A DNA stretch of 64,000 nucleotides, from positions 5,186 through 69,185 of the forward strand of contig NZ_JAYSFD010000002.1 in the NCBI RefSeq assembly GCF_041913525.1, in the 5' to 3' direction. The position numbers and the translations under genes are program-made. Source of the DNA: Hydrogenophaga sp. (GTDB lineage: Bacteria > Pseudomonadota > Gammaproteobacteria > Burkholderiales > Burkholderiaceae_C). Numbering within the stretch: the stretch's first letter is position 1; each line of letters begins with the position of its first letter. Positions 26,470-35,434 of the stretch are shown here, piece by piece. The notes below the pieces were generated by a model. It saw only the letters and a program-made list of their open reading frames with translations, made no database searches and had not been told where the DNA came from.

Positions 26470-27229
26470 GGGGGTGGGCGGGGCTGGGGACCTGTTGCAG
26501 GTAGTGGCCGGAGACGGCGCCCAGGTGCAGGCGCATGGCGGCGAAGGCAGCGGCCGGGTCGGCGCGGGCGATGGCGTCCACGATGGCGCGGTGCTGTTCG
26601 TTGGAGAGCTGGCGCTCGGCGGGCTGGATGGAGGCGCGGCGGAACTGCCGCCAGCCGGCCGTGCGGCGCAGGCGGTTCACCAGTTCCAGCAGCTCGATGA
26701 GCATGGCGTTGCGGGTGGTCTTGGCGATGCACATGTGCAGGGCGTAGTCCCAGCGCTCGTAGGCGTCGAGGTGGCTGGCCTCTTCGCGCTGGCGCAGGCA
26801 TTCCCGCATCTCGGCGATGTCGGCCGGGCGCGCGCAGGTGGCCGCCAGTTCGGCCATGGCCGGCTCCAGGGCGTAGCGCACCTCCAGCAGCTCGCGCGGG
26901 CTCAGGCCCTGCGAGGTGTCGATGGCCAATGCGCCCTGGGTGGTGAGGGCGTGCAACTGGGGTGGCGCCAGGCCGCCGCCACCGGCGATGAAGGTGCCAC
27001 GGCCCACGTGGCGAACGATCAGGCCGTCTTGTTCCAGCAAGGCCAGGGCGCGGCGCACGGTGTTGCGGCCAATGCCCAACTCGGCGGCGAGCTGCCGCTC
27101 GGGCGGCAGGCGGCGCTGGTGGGTCTTGAGCTGTTGTTCGAGGCGGTCGCGCAGCGCGCGCAGGGCCTTGGCCACCTCGGGCTGGTCGTCCAGGCCTTCG
27201 CTGGCGGGGGTGTCAGGGGATGGGGTCAT
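26450..27229 (-). CDS. GntR-family (FCD) transcriptional regulator
   Basis: 259 aa. HTH region [42 protein letters not shown]. Its 3' end overlaps the hemerythrin start by 20 nt. Confidence 0.9.
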   Translation of the reverse strand: MTPSPDTPASEGLDDQPEVAKALRALRDRLEQQLKTHQRRLPPERQLAAELGIGRNTVRRALALLEQDGLIVRHVGRGTFIAGGGGLAPPQLHALTTQGALAIDTSQGLSPRELLEVRYALEPAMAELAATCARPADIAEMRECLRQREEASHLDAYERWDYALHMCIAKTTRNAMLIELLELVNRLRRTAGWRQFRRASIQPAERQLSNEQHRAIVDAIARADPAAAFAAMRLHLGAVSGHYLQQVPSPAHPLAADAD

Positions 27230-27230
27230 G

Positions 27231-27282
27231 TGATGGAACCAATAAGAACCAATATTGCAACCGGTTCTGTGATGGTTCTACA
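27231..27282. promoter_or_regulatory. Array of four GAACCA/TGGTTC half-sites in the divergent GntR / ligJ-like promoter
   Basis: GGAACCAAT, AGAACCAAT, CCGGTTCT and ATGGTTCT: two direct copies followed by two inverted copies. Confidence 0.5.
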
Positions 27283-27319
27283 TTAAGCCAAGCCAATCGT
27301 CAACCCGAAGGAGATATTC

Positions 27320-28318
27320 ATGATCATCGACTGCCACGGTCACGTCAGTCCCCCCGCCGAGCTGTGGGCTTACAAGGCGCTCATCTTGTCCCACCGTGGC
27401 GAACACGGTCGCCGCATGGCAGAGGTGACGGACGAGGAGATCCTGCACTACGCCAACAAGAAGGAAATGGCGCCGTGCGGCCACATCGACATGCTCGACC
27501 GCGTGGGCACCGACCTGCAGATGCTCTCGCCCCGGCCCTTCCAGATGATGCACAACACCAAGCCGGGCAAATTGGTTCATTGGTTCACCGAAGAGACCAA
27601 CAACATCATTGCCCGCACCTGCCAGTTGCTGCCCGACCGTTTCGTGCCGGTGGCCGGCCTGCCCCAGGTCTCGGGTGACCGCATCGAGAACGTGCTGCCC
27701 GAACTGGAGCGCTGCGTGAAGATGGGCTTTCGTGGTGTGCTGTTCAACCCCGATCCCTACGAGAACAGCGGCACCGAGGCCCCGCCCCTGGGCGACCGCT
27801 ACTGGTACCCGCTGTACGAGAAGCTGTGCGAGTACGACATCCCGATGCACATCCACGCCACTGGCTCGTACTCGGAGCGCACGCCTTACACGCTGCACTT
27901 CATCAACGAGGAAACCATCGCGGTGTATGGCCTGGTGAACTCGGACGTGTTCAAGGACTTCCCCAACCTGAAGGTGATCTGCTCGCACGGCGGCGGCTCC
28001 ATTCCTTACCAGATCGGGCGCTTCCAGTCGGGCGGCTACCGCAAGGGGCACGACTTCCTGGACGGTCTGCGCAACATCTACTTCGACACGGTGCTGTATT
28101 CGGAAGAGGCGCTGCGCCTGCTGATCAAGACCGTGGGCGTGGACCGCTGCCTGTTCGCCGCCGAGTGCCCGGGCGTGGGCTCCACCATCAACCCGGCCAC
28201 CGGCCGCACCATGGACGACATCAAGCCCTACATCGACGGCTTCGATTGGCTCACCGATGCCGACCGCCAGATGATTTACGAAGACAACGCCCGCAAGGTG
28301 TTCAACCTGAAGATCTGA
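27320..28318 (+). CDS. ligJ: Amidohydrolase-2 family 4-oxalomesaconate hydratase (LigJ-like)
   Basis: 332 aa. MIIDCHGH, YWYPLYEKLCEYDIPMHIH and HGGGSIPYQIGRF align closely with my memory of Sphingobium LigJ. Confidence 0.8.
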   Translation: MIIDCHGHVSPPAELWAYKALILSHRGEHGRRMAEVTDEEILHYANKKEMAPCGHIDMLDRVGTDLQMLSPRPFQMMHNTKPGKLVHWFTEETNNIIARTCQLLPDRFVPVAGLPQVSGDRIENVLPELERCVKMGFRGVLFNPDPYENSGTEAPPLGDRYWYPLYEKLCEYDIPMHIHATGSYSERTPYTLHFINEETIAVYGLVNSDVFKDFPNLKVICSHGGGSIPYQIGRFQSGGYRKGHDFLDGLRNIYFDTVLYSEEALRLLIKTVGVDRCLFAAECPGVGSTINPATGRTMDDIKPYIDGFDWLTDADRQMIYEDNARKVFNLKI

Positions 28319-28394
28319 TAGCCTGCGCGCCGCCGCTGCCCGGCGGGTCATGAGGATGCGCCGGGCCGGCGGCTTTGTTGCCACGGTGCCCACC

Positions 28395-29255
28395 ATGTCC
28401 CTCGTCCCCTGGCGCGATCCGCGCGGCCGCTTCTCTTTCTTCAAGCTCACGGTGCTGGCGGCCTTGGTGTTGCCAGGGCTGTGGACGGTGGGCATGGCAC
28501 TGGGTGGCGGCTTCGCCCACTCGGTGCTGCCCTCGCTCATTTATTACAGCGGCATCTGGTCGCTGTGGGCGCTGCTGGCCTGCCTGGCCGTCACGCCGCT
28601 GAGCCAGATCGGTGCCTGGCACTCGCTGGTGTGGGTGCGGCGCCAGCTCGGCGTGGGCGCGTTGGTGTACGCCTTGCTGCACGTGCTGGCCTATGTGGCC
28701 ATTCGCCGGGCCGACTGGCTGGCCATGGCAGGCGAGATCGTGGGGCGCTGGTCGATTGCCTTCGCCACCGTGGCCACGCTGGGCTTGCTTGCCCTGGGCC
28801 TGACCTCCACCGACGGTGCCGTGCGGCGCCTGGGCGGGCGGCGCTGGAAGCGCTTGCAGCGCACGGTGTACCTCTGGGCCCCGTTGGGCCTGCTGCACTT
28901 TTTGCTCTCGCCGCTGGCGGTGGGCCCGCTGCCTTTTGTGATGGTGGGTTGTCTGGCCTGGCTGCTGGCCTGGCGGTGGCTGGCGCGGTCGCCCCGTCAC
29001 CCCGGGCGGGCCAAGGCCACGGTGGTGTTGCTGGGCCTGTCGGTGGTGGTGGCCTTGTTCACCGCGGGCTTTGAGATCGTGTGGCTGGACTGGGTGCAAG
29101 ACCTGCCGCCTGCCCTGATCGCCCAGGCCAACTTCGAGCTGGACCTAGGCCTCTCAGCCCTGTGGACGGTGGCCCTGCTGGGCCTGGCGGTGGTGGCCTG
29201 GGGCCGCTGGCGACACCCCCGCCACCACGCCCGGCCCGCGCACCCGCCGCGCTGA
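28395..29255 (+). CDS. Ferric-reductase-like transmembrane (MsrQ/YedZ-like) heme b protein with extra C-terminal TM helices
   Basis: Start probably ATG 28395 (MSLVPWRDPRGRFSFFK; the ORF opens at 28350). Contains conserved His-bearing helices (LLHVLAY, LGLLHFLL). Confidence 0.7.
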   Translation: MSLVPWRDPRGRFSFFKLTVLAALVLPGLWTVGMALGGGFAHSVLPSLIYYSGIWSLWALLACLAVTPLSQIGAWHSLVWVRRQLGVGALVYALLHVLAYVAIRRADWLAMAGEIVGRWSIAFATVATLGLLALGLTSTDGAVRRLGGRRWKRLQRTVYLWAPLGLLHFLLSPLAVGPLPFVMVGCLAWLLAWRWLARSPRHPGRAKATVVLLGLSVVVALFTAGFEIVWLDWVQDLPPALIAQANFELDLGLSALWTVALLGLAVVAWGRWRHPRHHARPAHPPR

Positions 29256-29272
29256 CACCGGGCCGGTGGGGT

Positions 29273-29830
29273 TCACCACCAAGAGTCCACCTGGTTGGGC
29301 CAGGTGGGCATCCACAGCAGGTCGGCCATGGGCGGGGTGTTGGCGGCCGAGAAGCCGCCGTAGCCACCGTGGGCGAACATCAGCGGCTTCACGTCGGTGG
29401 GGCGCACCTTCACCGCTTCGATCGAGCCCAGCAGGATGTCGTGCGAGCCGGCCTCGATGGCGCTGGTGAGGCGGCAATCGAAGCCCACCAGGGCACTCTC
29501 CAGCACGGGGGCGCCGGTGGCCAGCGTCTGCCACAGGCCCTGGCCGAATTTTTCCTCGGGGGCGATGGGGCTGGCGAAGCGGTCGGCCAGGGGCCGGTCG
29601 TCGTAGGCCAGCACGTTCACCGCGAAGATGCCCGATTGCTTGATGGCGGCGTAAGAGCCGTTCTTGCGGTTCACGCACACCAGCAGGGTGGGGGGCTCGG
29701 CCGTCACCGAGCACACCGCGGTGGCCGTCAGGCCGCTGCGCTGGCCCTCGCCCTGTGAGGTGGTGATCAGGCACACACCGGCGGCCAGGCGGCGCATGCC
29801 GGCCTTGAACTCGTCGAGGCTGATGGTCAT
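29273..29830 (-). CDS. Flavin reductase (FMN-binding split-barrel family)
   Basis: 185 aa. FKAGMRRLAAGVCLITT...SGLTATAVCSVTAEPPTLLVCVN is the typical motif. Confidence 0.9.
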   Translation of the reverse strand: MTISLDEFKAGMRRLAAGVCLITTSQGEGQRSGLTATAVCSVTAEPPTLLVCVNRKNGSYAAIKQSGIFAVNVLAYDDRPLADRFASPIAPEEKFGQGLWQTLATGAPVLESALVGFDCRLTSAIEAGSHDILLGSIEAVKVRPTDVKPLMFAHGGYGGFSAANTPPMADLLWMPTWPNQVDSWW

Positions 29831-29836
29831 GGTGCG

Positions 29837-30502
29837 TTACCCGAAGTTGAAGAGGCGCATGGTGGTTTCACCGGCCTCGATGCGGCGCAACTGGTCGGCC
29901 TCGGCGGCTTCGCGCTGGCGCGAGGCCTCGATGACGGCATCGGCGCGTTCGCGTGGAATGGCCACCACGCCGTCGCCGTCGCCCACCACCAGGTCACCGG
30001 CGTTGACGGTGACGTTGTCGAACAGGGTGGGGTGGCCGATCCAGCCGCGCGCGCCAAAGTCTTTGCCGGTGCCGCGAATGCACAGGCCGCGTGCGAACAC
30101 CGGAAAACCGATGTCGCCCAGCAGTTCGCCGTCGCGCACGCAGCCGTCGATCACCAGGGCGGCCAGGCCGCGCACCTTGGCGGCGGTGGCCATGATTTCG
30201 CCCCAGTAGCCGTGCTCGTAGGCGCCAGACACGCTCACCACCAGCACGTCGCCCGGCTGGGCGGCGTAGATGGCGCGGTGCAGCCAGAGGTTGTCGCCAC
30301 CGGGCGATTGCACCGTGAGGGCCGGGCCGGCGAAGCGCATGCCTCGCGCCACCGGCTTGATGGCCATGGGCATCACGCCGATCTTGCCGGCGGCTTCGTG
30401 CAAGGTGGCCGTGGGCAGGCCGGTGGCGGCGGCCACGGTGGCGGCCGAGACGCGCTCGAAGTCGGTGCGCGTGGTCAGGGCCGGGTCAAGGCGGTCGCTC
30501 AT
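29837..30502 (-). CDS. ligK: RraA-family class II aldolase, 4-carboxy-4-hydroxy-2-oxoadipate/HMG aldolase (LigK-like)
   Basis: Start at ATG 30502 (MSDRLDPAL). 221 aa. HEAAGKIG...PGDNLWLHRAI...GYWGEIMATAAKVRGLAALVIDGCVRD resembles LigK/GalC. Confidence 0.8.
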   Translation of the reverse strand: MSDRLDPALTTRTDFERVSAATVAAATGLPTATLHEAAGKIGVMPMAIKPVARGMRFAGPALTVQSPGGDNLWLHRAIYAAQPGDVLVVSVSGAYEHGYWGEIMATAAKVRGLAALVIDGCVRDGELLGDIGFPVFARGLCIRGTGKDFGARGWIGHPTLFDNVTVNAGDLVVGDGDGVVAIPRERADAVIEASRQREAAEADQLRRIEAGETTMRLFNFG

Positions 30503-31167
30503 TGGGCCTCCCGGGTCTGGAGCTGGTGGTACTTGAACTGGCGGCGGGCCTCGTCCAGGCGCACGCCGCCGCGGGTGGTGTCGCGAATCTTCTGCTCGGC
30601 GGCCTCGATCTCTTCGGCCACGGCCAGCACGCGGTCTTCGTGTTGCTTCGGGATCACCACCACGCCATCGGTGTCGCCCTTGAGGATGTCGCCCGGGGCC
30701 ACGCGCGCGCCGCCGATGTTCACCGGCACGCCGGTGGCTTCCACTTGCACGCGGTCTTTGCCGGTGCGCATCCAGTTGTCGATGGAGAACACCGGGTAGC
30801 CCAGCGAGAGGCACAGGTGGGTGTCGCGGTTGATGCCGTTGATCACCGTGCCGGCGATGCCGCGGCGGTGCGCGATCTCGGTGAGGATGTCGCCCCACAC
30901 GGTGGCGTCTTCGCGGCCGTTGTTGTCCAGCACGATCACGCTGCCGGGCTCGATGTCGTCGATGTAGTCACCCACCGTGCCGGGCGGGTTGGCGGCCGGG
31001 CCGTACTTCAGCGTCCAGGCGCGGCCGGCGAGGCGGAAGTTGGGGTCGCGCGGCTTGATCTTGTAGCACTGGCCCACGATGCCCAGCTTGTCGAGCGCGT
31101 CGCTCAGGGTGGGGGTGTCGAGCTTGGCGGCGCGCGCCACGTTGGTGTCGGTTGGGGCTTGGGTCAT
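30499..31167 (-). CDS. RraA-family protein, paralog 2
   Basis: 222 aa with an RraA-like core (LSDALDKLG...VWGDILTEIAHRRGIAGTVINGINRD). ATGA overlap with the LigK-like gene. Confidence 0.85.
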   Translation of the reverse strand: MTQAPTDTNVARAAKLDTPTLSDALDKLGIVGQCYKIKPRDPNFRLAGRAWTLKYGPAANPPGTVGDYIDDIEPGSVIVLDNNGREDATVWGDILTEIAHRRGIAGTVINGINRDTHLCLSLGYPVFSIDNWMRTGKDRVQVEATGVPVNIGGARVAPGDILKGDTDGVVVIPKQHEDRVLAVAEEIEAAEQKIRDTTRGGVRLDEARRQFKYHQLQTREAQ

Positions 31168-31170
31168 GGT

Positions 31171-31830
31171 TCAGTTCTCCAGCATGTGTTCGTAGTTGCC
31201 GGCCATCACTTGGCCGATGGCGGTGCCGCCCAGGATGGCGCGGGCCATGGCGGCTTCTTTGGCGACGATGGTTTCGGCGGCTTGCAGCACGCGCTCGATG
31301 TCGGCCGCGGCAATGAAGATGGCGCCGCTGCCGTCGCACAGCACGTAGTCGCCACCGTCCACGGCGATCTCGCCAATGCGCACCGGCACGTTGGTGCCTT
31401 TTTCCACCACGCGGCCGCGGGCGGTGAGGGCGGTGAGGCTGCGGCTGAAGATGGGGAATTCGTAGGCCACGGCCTCGTCCACGTCGCGCAGCGGGCCGTC
31501 GGCGATCACGCCGGCCACGCCGCGCACCTTGGCGCCCAGCGTGAGCAGGCCGCCCCAGCAACCGGCTTCGATGCCGGTGCGCTGCTCGACCACGATCACG
31601 TGGTCGGGGCCGGCCATTTCAATGGCGGTGCAGCCCAGGTGCTTGGGTGGTCCGGGCGGGGGCTCACCGGTGCCGAGCTTCACGGTGATCACCTGGCCGG
31701 CGATGCGGCCTTTGCCAGAGCGTTGGGGCAGGCCGGTGGCGGTGCCACGCAGGCCGAGTTTGTCCAGGGCGTCGGACACCGCGCAGGCGTCCAGGCGGCG
31801 CAGGCGCCGCACGTAGTCGGATGGGTTCAT
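31171..31830 (-). CDS. RraA-family protein, paralog 3
   Basis: 219 aa with an RraA-like core (VSDALDKLG...CWGGLLTLGAKVRGVAGVIADGPLRD). 3-nt gap to paralog 2. Confidence 0.85.
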   Translation of the reverse strand: MNPSDYVRRLRRLDACAVSDALDKLGLRGTATGLPQRSGKGRIAGQVITVKLGTGEPPPGPPKHLGCTAIEMAGPDHVIVVEQRTGIEAGCWGGLLTLGAKVRGVAGVIADGPLRDVDEAVAYEFPIFSRSLTALTARGRVVEKGTNVPVRIGEIAVDGGDYVLCDGSGAIFIAAADIERVLQAAETIVAKEAAMARAILGGTAIGQVMAGNYEHMLEN

Positions 31831-31869
31831 GGGCTGGGGTGGGTGGGGGTGGAAGGGAAGGGCGCCGCT

Positions 31870-32865
31870 TCAGGGCAGCCAGTGCACGAAGGCCATGGCG
31901 TTGCCGGTGCCGGCCAGCGAGCGGTAGCAGGGCACGTAGTCCACCACCGTGGGCTTGAGGCCGCCGGCCTGCATGGCCGAGGCCACGGGAATCCAGTTCT
32001 TCATCTCGGAGGTGCCGGCCTGGAAGTACGACTCTTGCACCTGCGTGATGCGGTCGACATCGCCATCGGTGATGGCCGACAGCAGGAGCTGGTCGAGTTC
32101 TTCGTCGATGGTGAAGTGCGTCAGCCCGCCCGAGGCGAACACCGCCACGCGGGCGTCGCTGTCCCAGGCCTCGATGGCGCGGAACAGGGCGCGGCCGAAG
32201 TCGGCGCAGCGCTTGGCCGTGGGCTGGTTGGGCGGGTAGAAGGTGTTCACCAGCACCGGCACGGTGGGCACCACGCGGTCGCTCATGATCTGGCGGAACA
32301 CGAAGCCGAAGGCGTGCGGTGTCTCGTCACCGGGCAGGCGCTTGAGGGCGGTGATGTCGAACTCGCTGCCGATCAGGTGCTCGGTGAGGTGGCGGCCCAG
32401 GTCAGGCACCGCTTCGTGCACCGCGCCACCGGGCGGGATGTGCCCGCTCACCGACACCGCCACGCCGGGCGGCAGGCTGGCCATGCGCTCGGGCGTGTAC
32501 TCGCTGTTGATGATCTGGTCGCCCCAGAGCACGCTGAAGGCGGGCACCAGGTCGTCGTTGAAGATTTCCATCTGGTCGTTGCCCACGATCACCGCGATGT
32601 CGGGCTTGACCTCGTCGTACAGGCGGGCCAGCTCGCTGATGGCGCGGCGGCACTGCGCGTGGCGCGCGCGCCAGACGTCCAGCGTGATCTGCTGGTCCAG
32701 CCGCTCGGGCGTGCGCAGTTGCGCCAGCTCATCAAAGCTGTAGGTCTGGCCCCGGAAGGGGTGGCGCATGCCTTTGTCGGCGGTGACGCGTAGGTCCCAC
32801 TGCTCGGGCGGGGTGGAGAGCATCGGCCCGTGAGAGGTGCCGACGCCCAGAACGATCTTGGCCAT
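31870..32865 (-). CDS. Class III (LigB-type) extradiol ring-cleavage dioxygenase
   Basis: 331 aa. MAKIVLGVGTSHGPML at the N-terminus and an internal HAFGF..., consistent with the LigB catalytic-subunit fold. Confidence 0.85.
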   Translation of the reverse strand: MAKIVLGVGTSHGPMLSTPPEQWDLRVTADKGMRHPFRGQTYSFDELAQLRTPERLDQQITLDVWRARHAQCRRAISELARLYDEVKPDIAVIVGNDQMEIFNDDLVPAFSVLWGDQIINSEYTPERMASLPPGVAVSVSGHIPPGGAVHEAVPDLGRHLTEHLIGSEFDITALKRLPGDETPHAFGFVFRQIMSDRVVPTVPVLVNTFYPPNQPTAKRCADFGRALFRAIEAWDSDARVAVFASGGLTHFTIDEELDQLLLSAITDGDVDRITQVQESYFQAGTSEMKNWIPVASAMQAGGLKPTVVDYVPCYRSLAGTGNAMAFVHWLP

Positions 32866-32885
32866 GGGGGGGTCTTTCGCGAAGG

Positions 32886-33848
32886 TCAGAGGTCAAGGAC
32901 CAGACGGGCGCTCTTGGCCCCGGAGCAGCAGACCATCATGGTGCTGTTCGAGGCCCGCTCGCTGGGGGTGAGGATGGCGTCGCGGTGGTCCACCTCGCCT
33001 TGCAGCACCGCCACTTCGCAGTAGCCGCACACGCCTTGCAGGCAAGAGGAATTCACGCTCACGTTGTGGGCGGTGAGCACTTCCAGAATGCTCTTGCCCT
33101 GGGGCACGGTCAGCTCGCCGCCGGTGCGCGCCAGTTCCACCACGAAGCCGCCGTCGGTGGCGGCGGCCTGCACCGCGCCGAAGTGCTCCAGGTGCACGGT
33201 CTCGGGCTGGCGCGAGGCGGCGGCGGCTTCGTAGGCCGCCAGCATGGGGGCCGGGCCGCAGCAGTACAGGTGGGCATCGGGCGCGGCCTTGGCCACCAGG
33301 GCTTGCAGGTCCAGCAGGTGGCCGGCCTCTTCGTCGAAGTGCAGGTGCACGCGATCACCGAAGGCGGCCATTTCGTCCAGGAAGGCGGCGTCGGCGCGCG
33401 AGCGGCACGAGTACCACAGCTCCCACGAGGCACCGATGGCCTGCAGGCGCTGCGCCATGCACCAGATGGGCGTGATGCCGATGCCGCCGGCGACCAGCAC
33501 GGTGTGCGGTGCGTCTTCTTTCAGCGGGAAGTGGTTGCGCGGCTCGGACAGCGACATCTCGGTGCCGGCCATGAGCTTCTCGTGGATGTAGCGCGAGCCG
33601 CCACGGCTTTTCGGGTCGAGCTTGACGCCCACCACGTACGACTTCAGGCCCTGGCCGGCGCGCACCAGCGAGTAGGGGCGCACCGTGCCATTGGGCAGGT
33701 GCAGGTCAACGTGGGCACCGGGGGCCACGTCGGGCATGGCCTGGCCGTCGAGCCGGACAAATTCGTACAGGTGGGTGTCGCGCGCGGCGTAGGTGATGGA
33801 GCGCAGCCGCACCGCAAGGGGGCCGTTGGGCGGGGTGTTGGCGTTCAT
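32886..33848 (-). CDS. Phthalate dioxygenase reductase-type (VanB-like) FMN/NAD + C-terminal [2Fe-2S] oxidoreductase
   Basis: Start at ATG 33848 (MNANTPPNG). RPYSL flavin motif, GGIGITP NAD motif, and C-terminal C-x4-C-x2-C (CLQGVCGYC)...C. Confidence 0.9.
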   Translation of the reverse strand: MNANTPPNGPLAVRLRSITYAARDTHLYEFVRLDGQAMPDVAPGAHVDLHLPNGTVRPYSLVRAGQGLKSYVVGVKLDPKSRGGSRYIHEKLMAGTEMSLSEPRNHFPLKEDAPHTVLVAGGIGITPIWCMAQRLQAIGASWELWYSCRSRADAAFLDEMAAFGDRVHLHFDEEAGHLLDLQALVAKAAPDAHLYCCGPAPMLAAYEAAAASRQPETVHLEHFGAVQAAATDGGFVVELARTGGELTVPQGKSILEVLTAHNVSVNSSCLQGVCGYCEVAVLQGEVDHRDAILTPSERASNSTMMVCCSGAKSARLVLDL

Positions 33849-33915
33849 AAGGCTTCTCGGGGTTCTGTCGGCACAGGCCGCAGAAGCGCCTGTTTTGCCA
33901 AGATGGTAGCCTATA

Positions 33916-33926
33916 TTGAATAGCAA
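33916..33926. promoter_or_regulatory. Weak TTGCCTAGCAA-like site (TTGAATAGCAA)
   Basis: Two mismatches. Located in the AT-rich divergent region between the PDR reductase and the porin. Confidence 0.3.
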
Positions 33927-34181
33927 TCTTGCAATTCACAACAGCTAGTGAAAACCACTATTAGATGTGTTATTCACGATGGTAGAGTCGCCGGCGTTGG
34001 ATGGACTCCAGCACGCATGCCCTAGCCGACATCCCGCAAAGACGCCGGCGACTGCATGAGTCCAGGGCATGGGCTGAGCGCCGCAGGCGCGGGCACCAGC
34101 TTCCTGATCACACAAATGGCGCGCCGCCTGATGCGCGCTCACTGCCCCACCCCCGGGGGGCGAACCTTGAGGAGAGACAGC

Positions 34182-35306
34182 ATGAAACTCGGATTGATTG
34201 GCGTGGCAGCCCTGATGGCCTGCGCACCCGCGATGGCGCAGGAGGGCGGCATCAAAACCGCCGTGAAGGGCACCGACCTCACCATCTACGGTGTGTTCGA
34301 CCTGTACGCCGCGCGTTACTCCACCACCGCGGCCGGCGTCACCGACACCACCACCGAAGTCGGCTCTGGCGGCGTGGGCGGCTCGCGCCTGGGCTTCCTG
34401 GCCTCGCGCAACGTGAACGCCGACCTGACCGTGGGTGGCCGCCTGGAGGCGGGCATCAACCTGGACTCGGGCCGCATCGGTTCGTCCACCAACCCGGTCG
34501 AGGCCACCGCCCGCACCGACCGCGTGTGGTCGCGCCAGGCTTACCTGTCGATCGCCAGCAAGAAGTTTGGTGAAGTGCGCCTGGGCCGCCAGCAAGGCCC
34601 CACCTACCAGTTCATGACGCAGTACGACCCGATCCTGATGCCCACGGTGGACGGCTGGGGCGTGCTGACCACGCTGGGTTCGCAAGTGGCGGGTTCGACC
34701 TCGGGCTTCTACATCAACCCGACCATCCGCACCGACAACACCATCTACTACCAGTCGCCCGAGTTCAACGGCTTTCACGTGAAGACCTCGTACGCCGGCC
34801 GTGACTCGAAGGACACCGACAAGTCGATCTTCGACTTCTCGCTGAACTACGGCAAAGGCCCGCTCAACGCCAGCCTGCTGCTGCTGCGCGCCAGCGGCTC
34901 CAAGACCAGCACCGACGTGAACGAAGCCGCCCTGGCCGCTTCGTACGACTTCGGCGTGGTCAAGCCCTACATCACCCTCATCCAGCGCGACACCACCAAC
35001 CCGGCCCTCACCGGCGGTGACAACAGCAACCAGCGCACCGCGCTGCTGGGTGCCATCGTGCCGGTGTCCAAGGAAGGCCAGATCCGCCTGAGCCTGGGCC
35101 GCTACAGCAACCAGCGCGCCAACCGCGACGCCACCGGCCTGGCCATTGCCTACACCCACGACGTGGCGCCGGGCTTCATGGTCTACGGCGGCCTGTCGCT
35201 GCTGCGCCAAGACTCGGATTCGCGCATCCCCATCTTCACCAGCGCTATCCCCGACAAGGGCAAGTCGGTGAACGCCATCACCGTGGGCGCGGCGTTCCGC
35301 TTCTGA
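34182..35306 (+). CDS. Outer-membrane porin
   Basis: Start at ATG 34182 (MKLGLIGVAALMACAPAMAQE). Beta-barrel periodicity and C-terminal ...GAAFRF. Confidence 0.9.
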   Translation: MKLGLIGVAALMACAPAMAQEGGIKTAVKGTDLTIYGVFDLYAARYSTTAAGVTDTTTEVGSGGVGGSRLGFLASRNVNADLTVGGRLEAGINLDSGRIGSSTNPVEATARTDRVWSRQAYLSIASKKFGEVRLGRQQGPTYQFMTQYDPILMPTVDGWGVLTTLGSQVAGSTSGFYINPTIRTDNTIYYQSPEFNGFHVKTSYAGRDSKDTDKSIFDFSLNYGKGPLNASLLLLRASGSKTSTDVNEAALAASYDFGVVKPYITLIQRDTTNPALTGGDNSNQRTALLGAIVPVSKEGQIRLSLGRYSNQRANRDATGLAIAYTHDVAPGFMVYGGLSLLRQDSDSRIPIFTSAIPDKGKSVNAITVGAAFRF

Positions 35307-35372
35307 TGCGGGCCTGACCGGCCCTGTCGCGACACAAGGCACCACCCCAGCCGGGTGGTGCGCTTGAGCTAT

Positions 35373-35419
35373 CAGGCCTCGCCTGAGGGCGGCGCTCGCC
35401 CTGGCGAGGCCTTTGTCTT
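35373..35419 (+). terminator. Long nested hairpin terminator after the porin
   Basis: AGGCCTCGCC ... GGCGAGGCCT (10-bp perfect stem) with an inner AGGGCG/CGCCCT stem, then TTGTCTTG. Confidence 0.65.
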
Positions 35420-35434
35420 GTGGAGGATGAACGA

